The notes under the pieces were generated by a model. The model was not told the origin of the DNA, did not search any database, and saw nothing but the letters and a program-made list of their open reading frames with translations. The position numbers and the translations under genes are program-made. A stretch of 64,000 bases of DNA from the NCBI GenBank assembly GCA_965207375.1, contig CBDBMG010000001.1:256001-320000 (forward strand), given 5' to 3'. This stretch comes from Nitrosopumilaceae archaeon (lineage in GTDB: Archaea > Thermoproteota > Nitrososphaeria > Nitrososphaerales > Nitrosopumilaceae). This document shows positions 40,333 to 52,942 of the stretch, one piece after another; the stretch's first letter is position 1, and every line of letters begins with the position of its first letter.

Positions 40333-41527
40333 GTTCAATCTGTGTTAGTTATGGAGATAGGCTTCCTGGATGCGATCACAGTGCTGTAAATGGGTATCAG
40401 GCTTCTCCCACCCAAAATTTATCACTTACTTTTTAACGATTTTGATACAATTTGATTTAGCTGCTATTCCGCGAAGTGTAATGATATTGACTCTTGCAAT
40501 TGGGAGGAATCTCTTCCTAACTGCTGCAACTAATCCTTTGGAGTGAAGCTTTAAGTGCAAATAAACAGCTGCCAGGAGCACTAGGTGATATCTAACAAAA
40601 GCCAGCAGGAGATTTTCAGCCAGAGTAACTCAGTATCTGAAATCTCAAGGTCACAATGATGTACACATGATAGAGAATCTCTTATTGTAATCAAACACTA
40701 CCTTCATGATGGGAACAATCTCTACTATATGATATCCAGCAGGAAATCTCAGTCAGAACTAGTCAGTTATTGCAGTAACATCAAGTATGATCAAGGCTTT
40801 AATGTCAACAACTTTAATTTATTTATTACACTGCAATTATTTAAATACACACATTCTGTGGACTAGAATTGCAACTAACTGAAGCCAGGATAGAAGGATC
40901 AATGGTTGATACTGCAGAACTATCCAGAACACTTTAATGGAGTGGCTGGGTAAATCATGGTTGCAAGTGGTCCTGCACTCACAAAACCTTCGACAATTTT
41001 CGAAGCTTTTAGGCTGAATTTCAAACTAAATTTCAACTGAAAAATGACTTTTCAAATTTACAATAACCAAAATATCCGGGTACTATCGGAATGTACAGCA
41101 AATTTCGTTAAAATTTCAAAGTTTCCAAAGACATTTCAGGACCCCTGAATGGTTGATGGCTTGATATTGCTCTATGGAGTAGCTGATCAAACAAACAAGC
41201 TGTCAAAATCTTCTCTAACACAGAAAATGATAATTACAAAATATCACCTACTTCATCAACCCCTGTACGTGGATTGATGATCACTATTCCAACTCCAATA
41301 TCGCGTGATCACTTCTGCCTAAAGGATCGCCAAAACAAATATTATGTTTCCCCACTAGCAAGTATACAATATCAAATTTTTCTGACCATCCAAAACTCAA
41401 ATCTGACCATCTAGATCTATTGCAGCTTTATGAGACGTGTTATCCAAGATCACGTGACCATGGCTCGCGTGATATTTGAGAGGTGAATCTTGGTGGTGGC
41501 ATGTTTATTTCAGTTTAATGTACGAGA

Positions 41528-41615
41528 ATGAAATTATTTGTGCAATTTGTGCTTTTGACGTTACTGTCATGTAATGACCCATGCTGCAACGAGAGAACCT
41601 TCATTCCAGGATGCG
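41528..41615 (+). CDS. Gene copy 2, exon 1: signal peptide (MKLFVQFVLLTLLSCNDPCCNERTFIPGC)
   Basis: Paralogue of 1486-1573; phase-1 donor G|GTACGT. Confidence 0.85.
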
Positions 41616-43599
41616 GTACGTTGTTCTGCATTCAGATAGTTGTACGCTATAAAGCCAGGCAAACTTGATTAAGCTTACTTGTTTCTCATTACCGCCCGAA
41701 TGATTCTAATTACCGCCTTAAAATTTCAGTATGCTTATAAATATTATTTATTCAAATTTTAAAATGTCTAACTCTCACCCCATTGTAAAAATTAATGTTG
41801 ATGAGAAAGCAAGTATCAAATTTGTATAGCGGTACTAACTCATAACTTTCTTAGCATTTTATGCACTGGTGTCACCGTCTTCAACTGTTAAATAAGTATC
41901 AGTCCAACCAGCTCATTCTGCATGGTAATATAACAAAATAGCTATGCATATGTGGTTGTGTAATGGTAAGCTGGTGAGGTGGTATACAAAATGTGTTGGC
42001 AAAATTAATTTTGTTAATCAAGTGCTATGAAGTGAAAACTATCAGGTGACTATTTGCAATAATTTTCACAGAACCAGCCCCTTATTCATGAAACTATTTT
42101 TAAGAGCTGCCTTTTCTAATAGCTATGATCAGAATCACACAAAAATCATTACACCTCTCACAATGAAGACCACTGAATAACTTGTCACCAAGGTAAACAG
42201 TTTAGGGCATAAGCCCTGTCTTTAGATGTCTCTGCATGTGCATTTTTATCAAAACCGCAAAATTTAATTATGACTTGCTATCAAGATGGGAATCATTTTA
42301 ACTGAGAAGTAAGATATGTAACTAGTAATACCAGATAGCTTTTAACAGCCACAGTTAGAAATTCATTTTTGTGCATCGGTAATCCAAAATTTTCATTCAT
42401 AATATGTACAAAATTTCTGTAAAACCTTCAAGTAGGAGATTTTGCATTTGAACCAGGTATATACTTTACAAGGGCACAATGTTTAATGGTTAATTTTTAC
42501 AATGGGTGCCAAGTTTGCAGAAATAGTCTTCTGTGCTTATGTACTTAGTCAGGCTATAATCTCCTATGCTAGTTATTGATGTGACAAGGCAAAAATGCAG
42601 ACAGAAGGACAGATAGCTTTTCAGCTTTATATTATCATATAATATTGACATCCTTGAGGGGAAAGATCACATGATTAGCAAAATATATAACATGGCCTTT
42701 TAATGTGATTAAAGGTAGTCTGCAATGGAAAAATGACTTGGGCATATATTTTAGCTTAGTGTTAGTAACGAAGATTGGCATGTGTGATTTGGTGATATTC
42801 TGCTAGGTTTAGCTACTACAGGGGTTTTAGCACATTCTGGTTTCTTACATCACACGACATCACGTCGGGAATAAGAACACACGTGTTTGTATGGAATGTA
42901 TGGAAATTTCGTCTTCTTGGATTATTGGCTAACAAAGAAGCTTATTGGAGCACCTTTGTATTTCTAGCAGTAATATACACGTGTGGACATTGATTACGTC
43001 TGTTGTAACAGAGGTTTATTCTTAAAACGAGAATTGTGAAAGGTGGACATGTACAAGTGGGATTGACAACTAGCAATCCATGACTAGTTTTGTTGAGATT
43101 TGTTCACTGCATGTCTGTTGTTCCAGTTGCTATGTATTGTCGGATAGAATGATACTTTAATCAGCCTCAGTTGGCTTTAGCATTTCGATTAGCACAACTA
43201 CACCTGGAATTTTCATGTTGCACAGTGGTGGCAGTGGATCCAATCTTCCTTATCGTTGCAAGATTATTATCACACATGGTAAGGACATATACTAAGCAGT
43301 TCATCTAAAAGTAGATTAGCTCTTCATTTTGAAAATCCCATATTCACCACCTCTCACACCACCTTCATCATTGTCATATGACTGGCAATGCATTGATTTG
43401 CTCTCTGTCACAAACTTGCTAGGAGAGAAGTATGACGATCACAAATCAGACTTTCTTGTATCTCCCTATGCCTTCTGCCAATACAATGTGTACAATAAAA
43501 CTTTTTCCAGAGCCCAATCTGACATCACGTATACTTGCGGAAGTGAAATTTTGTAACATTGCAGCTTAATATCTCAATAATCATTATTTGATTATAAAA

Positions 43600-44170
43600 A
43601 TATGTGACTGTCTCTGTAAAAACCAGCCTAGTTCGCACTAAAATTTAAATTCATTTTTTGGCCCAGCTTATAGCTATACTCAATAGCTAGCCTAACACCA
43701 TGTCTTCTATGGCCAGACTCAAGTGGTTTGCTTTTCTGAGGGGAGGATTTAAAGCCTTGTAAAACCATGACTGACACATTGGCACCTGTGGAGCACACCA
43801 ATTAGGTATTACTGGCCTGGAATTCTACCCTTGACCGGAATGATGTCCCTTCGGCCTGGTTATATGGTCAGGACCATCTGTGGGCAACTAGTCACCTTGT
43901 GTCTTCACCTGGGGAGGTTTTTCCTCCTCCCTCCTACCCACCCCCTCGTAATACTGGGCTAAAATTGATGCACACCTTCGAAAAAATCGTCTGAAAAGGT
44001 CTAAAATCAAGCAAGGAATAACTTCAAAGGTACTAAGTCCAGTTCTGTTAAACAAAAGCTGCCTAGTACGAGCAAAAGCTGGTAATTTCAATTTAAAATC
44101 TTTAAACAAGTGTTTCTCTAATTACTACCAGGTGCAAACAAGGCCGGTTTTTGCAGAGACGGTCACATAT
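43600..44170. mobile_element. TIR MITE (related copy at ~49658-50280)
   Basis: atatgtgactgtctctgtaaaaaccagcc ... ggccggtttttgcagagacggtcacatat. Confidence 0.75.
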
Positions 44171-45056
44171 TGTTTTGTGCATTGCATGATTAAATCAAGT
44201 AATAGAAAGCACATGTGATTTTCCATTGCAGTCTATATACCTGTAAAAGGCTAAAATTTAGATTTTATGTAATTAACAAAACACTCAACATTCTATTGTC
44301 TGTATTCGCTAGACTGTAGTTAATGAAATAAAAACCTTGTCGTACAATCATACCTGCTCTTTGCCAAATAGCGTAATTTACAAGTTTAGGACATGAAATT
44401 GTGATACAAAATTTGGCCATCCTATTCAAAACACAACATTATTCTAATCTTTGAATCCAGTCCAGGACTTTGTGAAGGCTGTGCTCTATGTGTAAAATCT
44501 TTTGCTTACCTTTAGCCACAACCTGACGCATGCATATAACAGGGGTATACATAATAGTTGTAACATAGGCACTTGTGCTTTGCCTGATATATCTGCACTC
44601 GCCCTCGGGCTTATCAGCCAAATCACGAGTGTCTGTGTTCCAACTAATATGTTATACTTCCAGTAATGCTGCTGTATTTATATCATTGACGTATTCACCT
44701 TGATTATGGGTCATGATATTTGTTGCCAAACACATGAAGTTATATTAATGTATTACCAAGCCTGGAATATTGCAAAAACAATTCCAATGCCCGGGTGAAT
44801 GTAGAATAAAGGACGTAGATTAGTTAAAGTATAATAATGTATTTCACGATATACATTTGAATTACACAAACTGCTCATCTGGAATGGCCTCCTGGTTGTA
44901 TATAGCAGCATGGCAACAAAGAAACATTACTAGCAATGTTGTTTTGCTATTAACTGACTTAAATAACAATAACTCACCAAAACGATAGTTTCATGTGCCC
45001 TACTCGGACACACGAGACTACCAACCTAACAACGTCAAAATTAAACCTTTATCATT

Positions 45057-46051
45057 AAGTACGGTAGTATTTAATAGTAGGGATTGGTGGGAAATCGTAT
45101 GGCTTCTGGAAAATTTTGTGCTTTAAAAATCTTGCAATAGGCTTTACCCGAAAAAAACAGCTGGAATGTATTGATAAGGCTGTAATGATGCTGTACCTCA
45201 GTTAAACGAAGCGACAAGTCGAATATTTCGACCTACAGCCAACTTTGAAAATTTCGAAAGTCACCTGTATTTTGTCTGCCAGCCTGCCGTAAGACCCGGT
45301 TGCGCTAGGTGTAGGGCTCCAGAAGTTTCACACAATAAAGATAATGGCAGCGAATTTACGAAAATATTGTTCTGAAGACGATTTACCCACTACACCATGG
45401 CAATTCCTTTTATCCTTCATTCCCTTCCTTGTTCTTCTATATTCCTTTAGCAAGGTGCAAATCTCACCGAAGGTGATGTTAGCCTGTTACGGCTTCTGCT
45501 TATTATGTCACACAAAAGCCTGGCTTGCACTGATTACAGTGTGTACTTTATATTGTGAACTTCGAGATTATAGCCTTGAACAAATAGCTTTTATGTTTTT
45601 CGAGCGTTATTTGCTATCACACAGCTGCTTTGTCATGTAAGCGCATTGTTAACAAGCACCTGTAAACAAGCATAATTATTATGCCTGCTGAAAGATTATT
45701 ATGAATGCTTAGCATGTATAAAAAGCAAACAAACTAGAATGATAAAAATTAAAAATTTAAAAGGTAAGTAGGGATTGAATTCAATAGTGCTACAAAAAGT
45801 AAGGAAGCAAGGAATAAGATTTTGGGACGAGAGAACATTCTGGCATGAGATAATTTATAAAAGTTTAATCCCTACTTTTGGCAAACCTATACTGAAGTGA
45901 GCCAAAAGTAGGGATTAAACTTTTATAAATTATCTCATGCCAGAATGTTCTCTCATCCCAAAATCTTATTCCTTGTTTCCTTACTTTTTGTAGCACTATA
46001 ATTGAATTCAATCCCTACTTACCTTTTAAATTTATAATTTTTTATCATTCT
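45057..46051. mobile_element. Repeat family 1, copy A: ~680-bp leader plus terminal palindrome (~150-bp arms)
   Basis: Collinear with 46261-47218; loop 45883-45900 is AAACCTATACTGAAGTGA. Confidence 0.85.
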
Positions 46052-46260
46052 TTTTATAAAGGTTTGGTGAAATCTTTCAAATGGTATAGTCGTTAGAATG
46101 TAAAAGGAGTTGTACACTTGGTCATACAACTAACTTTTCCATTCCACATGTCAACAAACTGTGCAACATCACATTTGTAGCACTGCATAAGTACATAATT
46201 GCTTGAAGGGACCTGTACAACTAGGAATTTGTTCAGGAATCCATTTTAGTTTGTTTATTG

Positions 46261-47218
46261 AAGTACGGTAGTACTTAATAGTAGGGATCGGTGGGAAATC
46301 GTATGGCTTCTGGAAAATTTTGCGCTTTAAAATACCTTGCAATAGGCTTTACCCGAAAAAACCGGCTGGAATGCATTGATAAGGCTGTAATGATGCTGTA
46401 TCTTGGTTAAACGAAGCGACAAGTCGAATATTTCAACCTACAGCCAACTTTGAAAATTTCAAAATTCACCTGTATTTCGTCTGCCAGCCAGCCTGCCGTA
46501 AGACCCGGTTGTGCTAGGTGTAGGGCTCCAGAAATTTCACACAATAAAGGTAATGGTGGCAGATTTACGAAAATGTTGTTCCGAAGACAATTTATCCACT
46601 GCACCATGGCAATTCCTTTTATCCTTCATTCCCTTCCTTTATTCCTTTAGCAAGGTATGAATCTCACCGAAGGTGACGATAGCCTGTTATGGCTTCTGCA
46701 TGAACTTAGATATTATAGCCTTGGACAAATAGCTTTTGCTGTTTTTCGAGCATTATTTGCTATCACACAGCTGCTTTGCCATGTAAGCAGGTTGTTAACA
46801 AGCGCCTTTAAACAAGCACAATTATTACATAAGCACCTGTAACATTTTGTGTGCCTGCTGAAAGATTATTGAATACTTAGCATGTATAAAAACCAAACAA
46901 ACTAGAATGATAAAAAAATTAAAAATTCAAAGGTAAGTAGGGATTGAATTCAATAGTGCTACAAAAAGTAAGGAAACAAGGAATAAGATTTTGGGACGAG
47001 AGAACATTCTGGCATGAGATAATTTATAAAAGTTTAATCCCTACTTTTGGCTCACTTCAGTTGGTTTGCCAAAAGTAGGGATTAAACTTTTATAAATTAT
47101 CTCATGCCAGAATGTTCTCTCGTCCCAAAATCTTATTCCTTGTTCCTTACTTTTTGTAGCACTATTGAATTCAATCCCTACTTACCTTTTGAATTTTTAA
47201 TTTTTTATCATTCTAGTT
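46261..47218. mobile_element. Repeat family 1, copy B: leader plus terminal palindrome
   Basis: Arms at 46900-47051 and 47068-47218, loop TCACTTCAGTTGGTTT. The paralogous intron (13110-13140) lacks it, so it is an insertion. Confidence 0.88.
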
Positions 47219-47282
47219 GTTATAGCATAATTGTATTTTATTTTACTCTCAATATACGTTATTGTTGTATTGTATTCTGTAG

Positions 47283-48716
47283 ATCAAACTAATGAAGGAA
47301 ATGAATTCTTTGTGGGATTTTTCAGAAACCGATTTGGCAGAACTAATGAGCCTGAGGTGATACCTCCAGTTCTTTGGATCACAACTAAAGAGTCTATGCC
47401 AGTCAACTTTGAAGTGTTCACTTTTTTTGGATTTCTTACTAGTGGTGTAGCAACTCCTGGAGAAATAATATATGTTGACATACCTCTTGGATTTATTGTG
47501 TTTGATTCATCTGTAGATAGTGAAACTGATACACGGTTTAAAGGAATTTATATTAAAGCAGAAGATGACAGGAGAATTGTTGTGTTTGGTCAACATGAAG
47601 AAGTAGCATCCAATGATGCTTATCTAGCATTACCAATTATTTCACTGCCAGCAGTAAGGTCTTATGAGTACATTGCAGCATCAATATTTGGAGATTCAGG
47701 TACTGTTCCACAAGCTAAAGATAGCGTGGCTCTAATTATTGGAACTGAGAATGATACTGAGATAATCCTTGAACCATCTGTTCTCATCAGGCATCCCTTT
47801 GCTCCAGCAGACTTTGGTTTCCGGTTTATTCCTGGAACTCCTGTTGAGAATCGTACTGTAACTATTCAGAGGTTTCAGACATTTTATCTTCAGGTTCGTG
47901 GTGGAGATATATCTGGTACTCGTATAATAGCAGATAAGCCAATATCTGTTTTCTCTGGACATGAATGTGCTAATGTTCCATTAGCTAGTGAACCTTGTGA
48001 CATACTGATTGAACAACTTCAACCAATAGATACATGGGGAAATGAAGTAGTTACAGTTCCACTGAGAACAAGGAGTGGTGATGTACTAAAAGTGTTTGCT
48101 TCACAAGACTCTACTACAGTTAATGTTACATATACAGACATCAGTAGTGGCATGGTTACCAGTGATAGTTTTAGTTTCACACTTAATCGTAATGGATTTA
48201 GAGAGTTGGGGGGTACTTCAACAATGGCCGCAGGGGCTATTGCTGACTTTGCCTTGATACAGTCTAATAATCCAATTGCAGTGTTTCAATTTAGCAGAAG
48301 CTTTTCAACTGATAATAGAATAATATCTGATCCATTTATGTTGTCAGTGCCATCTTGTGAACAATATCGTAACAGTTATGTAGTAGCTCCAGCTCCATTT
48401 AATGAAACAATTGAAGGCACTGTTTCAGGACGAGTTGCATATGTTAACTATACTAACATAACAGTACCAGCTGAGTATTTTAATGCTAATTTAATAACAA
48501 TTAATGATAATCCAATTAATGCCTCAGAGTTTAGACCAATCAGGAGAGCAGATAACAGCATATGGGGCTATGGGGCACAGTTACTACTTGATGAAGGAGC
48601 TCAAGTGATAAGCCATTCAGACCCAAATGCAGCTCTATCAGTAACATTGTATGGATTCAATAACCAGATGTCATGGGGTTATACTGGAGGTACAGGTGTT
48701 GCTCCTGTTGCTCTTT
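47283..48716 (+). CDS. Gene copy 2, exon 2: IgGFc-binding (FCGBP-N-like) domain, 478 codons
   Basis: ORF 47231-48727, highly similar to 13216-14652; acceptor tctgtag|AT, donor T|GTAAGT. Confidence 0.9.
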
Positions 48717-49086
48717 GTAAGTTATGAGTATATATTATTGTATGTATAATTGTCAGTGTATCTGTTATACATGATCTCAGAACCTTTTTGTTCTCAAGGA
48801 CACAAGGTTGTGGTCATTTAATGTTTACAGATGATGGCAGATGGCATTTTTTTTGAGAATAGAACAATAGGCATTGAATCATTGTACTCACCTTGACCAC
48901 AGCACAGATGTACCAGCAGCTGTTACAGCAGCTGTTGGCTCTTTGCTATTATTCATTACCTATTGTCATAGTTACAGTGTGTGTATATTTGTACTTGTAA
49001 ATTACCACTAATAACACTTTCTCACTTATGATGTACAGCTAGTACCATGGTTACCAAATGATACTGGGTTATGTCATTATCTGTAG

Positions 49087-49515
49087 CTGTGGTCTCATTT
49101 GAGACAAATGGAGGATCAGGAGTTACCATAGTAATATCAGAGAGTGCAGGCTCATTGGTAGTAGTTTTAGTACTCAGTGAAGCAGTTGGTGAAGAAGTCA
49201 GTGTTTTTGTAATAGCAACGAACGTAACTGCTAGAGGTTTGTTAAACTTAGTCTGTGCATTAACAAGTTTATTCAGTTGTTCATTTATAGCTGGTGAAGA
49301 TTTTGGACCATCTGAAAATTATACAGTAACCTTTCCTGCTGGATCAACAAGACAATCAGTGAACATTCCCATTATTAATGATACTGTTTTGGAGCTTGAT
49401 GAAACCTTTCAATTAGAACTCAGTGTTCCTGAAGCAGCTGTTAGAGCTGGTGTAATAGATGGCTGTGATCCAGTTACTCCTAGACAAACTGTTGAAATCA
49501 TTGATGATGATGATG
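49087..49515 (+). CDS. Gene copy 2, exons 3-4 (49087-49236, 49291-49515): Calx-beta domain
   Basis: VVSFETNGG...ISESAGSLVVVLVLS...NVTAR / GEDFGPSENYTVTFPAGSTRQSVNIPIINDTVLELDETFQLEL...VEIIDDDD. 54-bp in-frame GT-AG intron; phase-1 junctions. Confidence 0.85.
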
Positions 49516-50692
49516 GTAAGTTGCACATCAATATGATTTATTATTAGCATGTTAATTGTAGTGTAAATGATAAAACAATAAACACCATGTGTAACAAATG
49601 ATGTAATATGATATCACTGAATGCATTGTGTGTATGTACATTATATTGCATATACGTATATGTGACTGTCACTGCAAAATCCAGCCATGTTCGCACCAAA
49701 ACTGAAATCAATTTTATTGCACAAGCTTAAAAATTATTTAATTAACCTTAACATTATTCATACTGGAAGATTGCATCATCTGTTATGTAAAGCGTAGTAA
49801 TCAGTGGTCTAGAATTGCAGGTGTGTACAGTATAAAACATCAAGGTTTCCTGTTGTATTACATTTCAACTACTGTGTCTCTGCTGGCCAATGTGAACTTG
49901 TATGCTTTTCTGGAGGAATTTTGCCAACCCTGTGGTGTCACGATAAAGAGAATAGTGCCTATCATAAAGGGCACCAATTGGGTGGCCATGACCTGGAACT
50001 GTTCCCATTGCCTTGGCCTTGTGGTGTAGTGTGGAGGCTTTTCCTACTCTAAATAGTTGATCCACCTCCCACCCCTCTCTCCCATCCCACCCACCTGCCC
50101 CCTCGATGATGGCTGGATTTCAAAAGCCCTGAAATCCAGCCACCAGCTGTTCACAAGGTTAACTCTATGAATAATTGCTGCTAGTATAAGACAGCCAGCT
50201 ATAGAGAGCTTATTGTTTTAATATTTTGAAATGGTACTTATTTCTCGAAATATTACGAAGTGCGAACTAGGCTGGTTTCACTGTTGCCATCGTTGTTACT
50301 GTTATGTACTGTACATACAAACACTGCATTTGTATATATGTAGCAGTTCACCACTTATATAGTCTGTTTTAGCAGTAAGTATGCATTTTACAACTACCTT
50401 AAACCAAGTTATTATAACAAAATACACTAATTTTAGCGATTTTAGTGAGTAGCTGTACTAAAATTTACTAACACTAATTATAAAGATTTTGATCAATGCT
50501 CTCTAATAGAGCAGTCACTAATGATTGATGACTGTACTATTAGAGAGTATTGATGTGCAATTGCTAAATTTAGTATTTGCTAAATGTGCAATCATAAATA
50601 TCACTAACTTCATACCTTACCCATATTGAATAACTAATATTATCTCCCATAACTATATTTTACTTACAATAGTTAGTTACTGCTGTTGAAAT

Positions 50693-51044
50693 TAGAGGTG
50701 GACCGATAATCAAATATACCGATATTCCAATAACCGATATATCGGCTATGAAAATCACCGATACTGATACCAATCTTGCGTTACTCTAGATATTCAGTCA
50801 CTATACAAGTTAGATTGATATTATCCACTATGCAGAATAATCCAAATTGCTGCTTTATCAATTCACTACAATTATAGTATAGATTGATCAACAAAACTTT
50901 CACCGATATGCCGATATTGCTGATATTACCAACATTTGTACCAATACCGATATTATATTGGTAAGCCATATGTTTTTTACCGATACGCCTAATACCAATA
51001 TTGGTACCGACACCAATACTGATATTAATATCGGTGCACCTCTA
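50693..51044. mobile_element. hAT-type MITE
   Basis: TAGAGGTGGACCGAT / ATCGGTGCACCTCTA; 8-bp TSD GTTGAAAT; internal ccgata repeats. Confidence 0.9.
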
Positions 51045-51891
51045 GTTGAAATAATGATTAGTGGCAAATACGTAGCCACATTGCTTTAAGGTGGCAGTAT
51101 AGCAGTAACCCACGCAAGTAATTAAAACCTACAAATGGTTATATTTATGACAGATTGACTAACAATTCTATTAATAAACAAGGAGAGTTCCATTCCACAA
51201 ACAAAGCCCAAGTTGATCCAGCAATTTTAAACATGTATAATCGGCTATGGGCACCAGCCACGATTTCTGTAGATACAGTGAAGCTTTCTCTATTATTTTT
51301 CGTACAACGCATAAACTATATTAAACGAAAAGTTTTACGTATTGTTAACAATGTACAACGTCGTAACTTACAAGATAGACTACCCTACAGAAACAAACAA
51401 TCTTGTATATCTTCATCTTTAAATGATACGATAAAAACCAGCTATCCAGATACGTAGGATTCTTTATCACCCACTAACCATTCATCGTGCCGATTTTTGT
51501 AGCCTTTCGATTAAATAATTTTGAAGTAAAGGCGGATTTTATGCCAACGATGGAAAAGAAACCACAAACTCGCCACACACGATGAATCATTGGAGGCGCG
51601 CATGTCACACGTGATTTTGTTTACTACTACATTACTCTTTATCAGTGAAGAAATAGGTGCTATTATATAGTGCGCTAAGACAGAGCAGGATGGTTGAAGG
51701 TCGTCGTCATTCCAAAATGGGGCAAAACTGGTTGACAAGAAACATGGCGAGGACTGGCTAATTCCGGCAGCATGGACCGCATATACGTAGAAGCAGTATA
51801 GACACGGATAGATGGTATTCTTCCATACATCTTCATCTGAATAAATTCTCTGTACAACAAGATTGTCAATTGTTGCTGACGGCGTCCACAC

Positions 51892-52942
51892 TATAGTTGG
51901 TTCGCGTTCACTGTGCGGTTGAGCTAGCTGAAATGAAACCATTTAAGATCAAAGCCTTTTAAATATATGTTTTCTACGTCACTATTTAATTATGCGTAAT
52001 ATGGGAGCACAACTGCTCACGTTTACAAAAATGGCGTCTTTACTAAGACTCGTGCTATACCGTTTTAAAGAAAGAAAAGTACTTTTGGAGTGATAAACAA
52101 GTATGTTTTTACTGAAAAATATATTGATAAACCAAGAATGGCGAGATTAAATAAGTTTTAGTGCACACGATAAAATTAAAATGAATTGGTAGGTTTTTCT
52201 ATGTATAGTGCTATAGTTTCAATATATTTACTGTACCTTTAGAGGTATCTTCAAGCGAACAATTCACCATTAGCGACAAAAATGTATTATTACTGACGAC
52301 ACATTGGCGCGACTTTACCACAAATACGTCACGAACATGTGTCAGCTCGGTAACTTCAAAGGACTGTAGTTAAACGGCTTCTCCATAGGAAATATATGGG
52401 AAAACTTAAAAGCTCAATAACTCCCAAGCGCTGGTTCCAGCTGAAGCACTTCTTGTTTCATCCTCTCCGGCATTTTACGGGCTTCACAACAGTATAAAAA
52501 TTATTTTTCTAGCGTGTTTCTACCGGAAGTTATTAAAGAAAAGGCGACCACACAGTGAACGCGAACCAACTATAGTGCTGGGCGATATTGAAAAATTAAG
52601 ATGTCGATACGATATGAGAAAAATATCACGATACAATGATATCCACAATATTTCCTGTATGGTGTTATTCAAAAAACTATTTGTTTACATACATCACCCC
52701 TCCTAATTTGCATACTTGTATTTAAATAAACAACACCAATTGAAATATTTTTCAGCAAAGTTTGTTCATATTTGATGGATTTTTATTGAAATTTGAGCAA
52801 ATACAAGATATTTAGAAATGTACACATTGTACAGCTTGTCATTACTATACTAATTGGCGATATTATCGTGGAGCATAATTCTATACTCGATAGTATTTTA
52901 ATATCACGATACGATTAAATTTCGATATATTGCCCAGCACTA
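51892..52942. mobile_element. hAT-type MITE inserted in the YqaJ coding sequence, itself interrupted
   Basis: TA..GTGCTGGGCGATAT / ATATTGCCCAGCACTA; 8-bp TSD GTCCACAC (51884-51891, 52943-52950). Confidence 0.85.
51894..52572. mobile_element. TA-targeting MITE nested in the terminal TA of the hAT MITE
   Basis: 22-bp TIR TAGTTGGTTCGCGTTCACTGTG / CACAGTGAACGCGAACCAACTA; TA duplicated. Confidence 0.85.

Noticed and set aside
43390-43530. Minus-strand P-loop-like LGSGKSF (possible helicase relic)
   Set aside because: Interrupted by stops and too short to distinguish from chance.
45883-45910. Possible hammerhead ribozyme (CTGAAGTGA / AAAC) in the hairpin loop, which would suggest a Penelope or retrozyme origin
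   Set aside because: The core is not CUGANGA...GAAA and the loop is too short to form stems I and III.
48885-48960. Minus-strand signal-peptide-like exon (..LL*QLLVHLCCGQ G|gtgagt)
   Set aside because: In-frame stop and no partner exons identified.
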